The notes under the pieces: model-generated
Told to the model about the DNA's origin: nothing
The model's database searches: none
What the model saw: the letters and a program-made list of their open reading frames with translations, nothing else
Program-made: the position numbers and the translations under genes
NCBI RefSeq assembly: GCF_006345805.1
Contig: NC_042997.1
Location: 50,034,001 to 50,098,000 of the forward strand
From: Octopus sinensis
Lineage: Eukaryota
Direction of reading: 5' to 3'
Length of the DNA: 64,000 bases
Part shown: positions 62,571 to 64,000 of the stretch, in pieces
Numbering within the stretch: the stretch's first letter is position 1
How the letters are laid out: the number at the start of each line of letters is the position of its first letter

Positions 62571-64000
62571 CTAGCTGAGATACCCGACGTTGCTCGGGAT
62601 TAAAATGATATAGTTTGTATATATACGACGGTTATGTTGGAACAGGTAATACGGGAAAGTGAAGCATTGACGACAAAACGTTTGTATAGTGAATGATGGG
62701 CTAATTCGACTAAGCGACATGTCATGCATCCGTTTCGAGGAATCCAGGCCCTAACATGTGATGGAAAATTGGAGTTGGGGGTAAGTGCAAAGCTGTCAGT
62801 GGATATACTCTCCTTTGCGGAGGATGGCGCTGCATGTAACACGACCCATCGTATGGCTGACAGTTAAATGAATGTAGGTGTAATGGAGATATTGTACGCA
62901 AATGGGAACTTTCTGCAATTTAGTTAAAATGGGAGACGGCAATGGGGAAGTGAACTGTTGAAATGTAGCAAAAGGCAAAGGGTTTACATTGGATTGCTGG
63001 TGTGGATGTAGAATAGGAAGCATAAACTGAGCCACACACTCACCGACAAATTCATATACAAAATGTGACGACACTCACATACATATAAAAAGACAAACAC
63101 ACACAAACATACATAGATTTTCACCTCATTGTTTTTCAGTCGTCACATATGTATAAGTATGTGTAGATGTGTGTTTTAATCCAAATGAAAAAAGAAATTA
63201 TCACACATAGACACACATACACTCTCATATACAGTCACATATATTAAGAGATATACGCACAGATATATATATTCACGCATGTCAGTCGTCGTATATATAT
63301 ATATGTATGTGTAGATGTGTGTGTTTAATCACGTACGTAACGCGGAAATATACACACTCACAGACACATACACACTCATACATCCATTCACATACACTCA
63401 CAGATGCATGCACAATCATATACAAAATGTGACGTTGTTGTCATCATCGTCGTGGTATAAAATGTTCTTTACTATCTCGTACGTATTGAACGCGCTAACA
63501 CATATTGACACATACACACTCATACACTCACACACATACACTCACAGGCACATTATACACTCATACAATTACACATATACATTCACAGAGACGCTCATAT
63601 ACAAAATGTGACGTTGCCGTCGTCGTCACGGTATAATAAGGCCTGTACTATCGTTGACTATAGAAAGCTTATCTCTATAAAATGTTATATTGTTTTAATG
63701 GAAATCAAAAGAAAAATTAGATTATGGCAGTAGGGGGCGGTGTAATACTATTACCTTGTAAAATTTTATTTGATTTGGTCGAGACAGACAGACAAAGAAT
63801 TTTAGAGACACACTCAAACATACATTCGCGCCTGTCAGTTGTCACATATGTATATGTATGTATAGTTGTGTATGTGTGTGTGAGTATTTAATAACGTATC
63901 TAACGTGGAAACACACACACACACTCACAGGCAATACACACTCATGCACTCACACACATACACTCACAGACACATACACACTCATATACAAAATGTGTCG
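62571..64000 (-). mobile_element. Helitron 3' portion with internal imperfect tandem repeats (probably continues past the window)
   Basis: Minus strand CCCGAGCAACGTCGGG hairpin + CTAG|T at 62571; repeated CATATACAAAATGTG near 63054, 63417, 63596 and 63984. Confidence 0.7.

Overview
AT-rich eukaryotic (animal) non-coding DNA, saturated with microsatellites and transposon debris. The SINE/LINE complement and microsatellite density suggest an octopus-like cephalopod (inference, not database-checked). No host protein-coding gene, rRNA or genuine tRNA gene could be supported. Contents: (i) two clusters of R4/Dong-like RT+REL non-LTR retrotransposons chained through (TAA)n tracts, including one full-length near-intact copy (1973-5947); (ii) a divergent RT+REL family whose two copies both sit in (CATA)n; (iii) Penelope-like RT and GIY-YIG remnants, a near-canonical minimal type I hammerhead ribozyme (53254-53309), and several degenerate hammerhead-like units, most lying in or next to (TA)n; (iv) CR1-, RTE- and L1/Tx1-type LINE fragments; (v) several modular tRNA-derived SINE families, two sharing the CR1-type LINE 3' tail and one forming precise tandem trimers; (vi) mariner, hAT, long-TIR and Helitron non-autonomous DNA elements. 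The most interesting pattern is apparent partitioning of different microsatellites among different retroelement families, together with the ribozyme motifs. Most repeat boundaries were read by eye and are approximate (about 10-20 bp).
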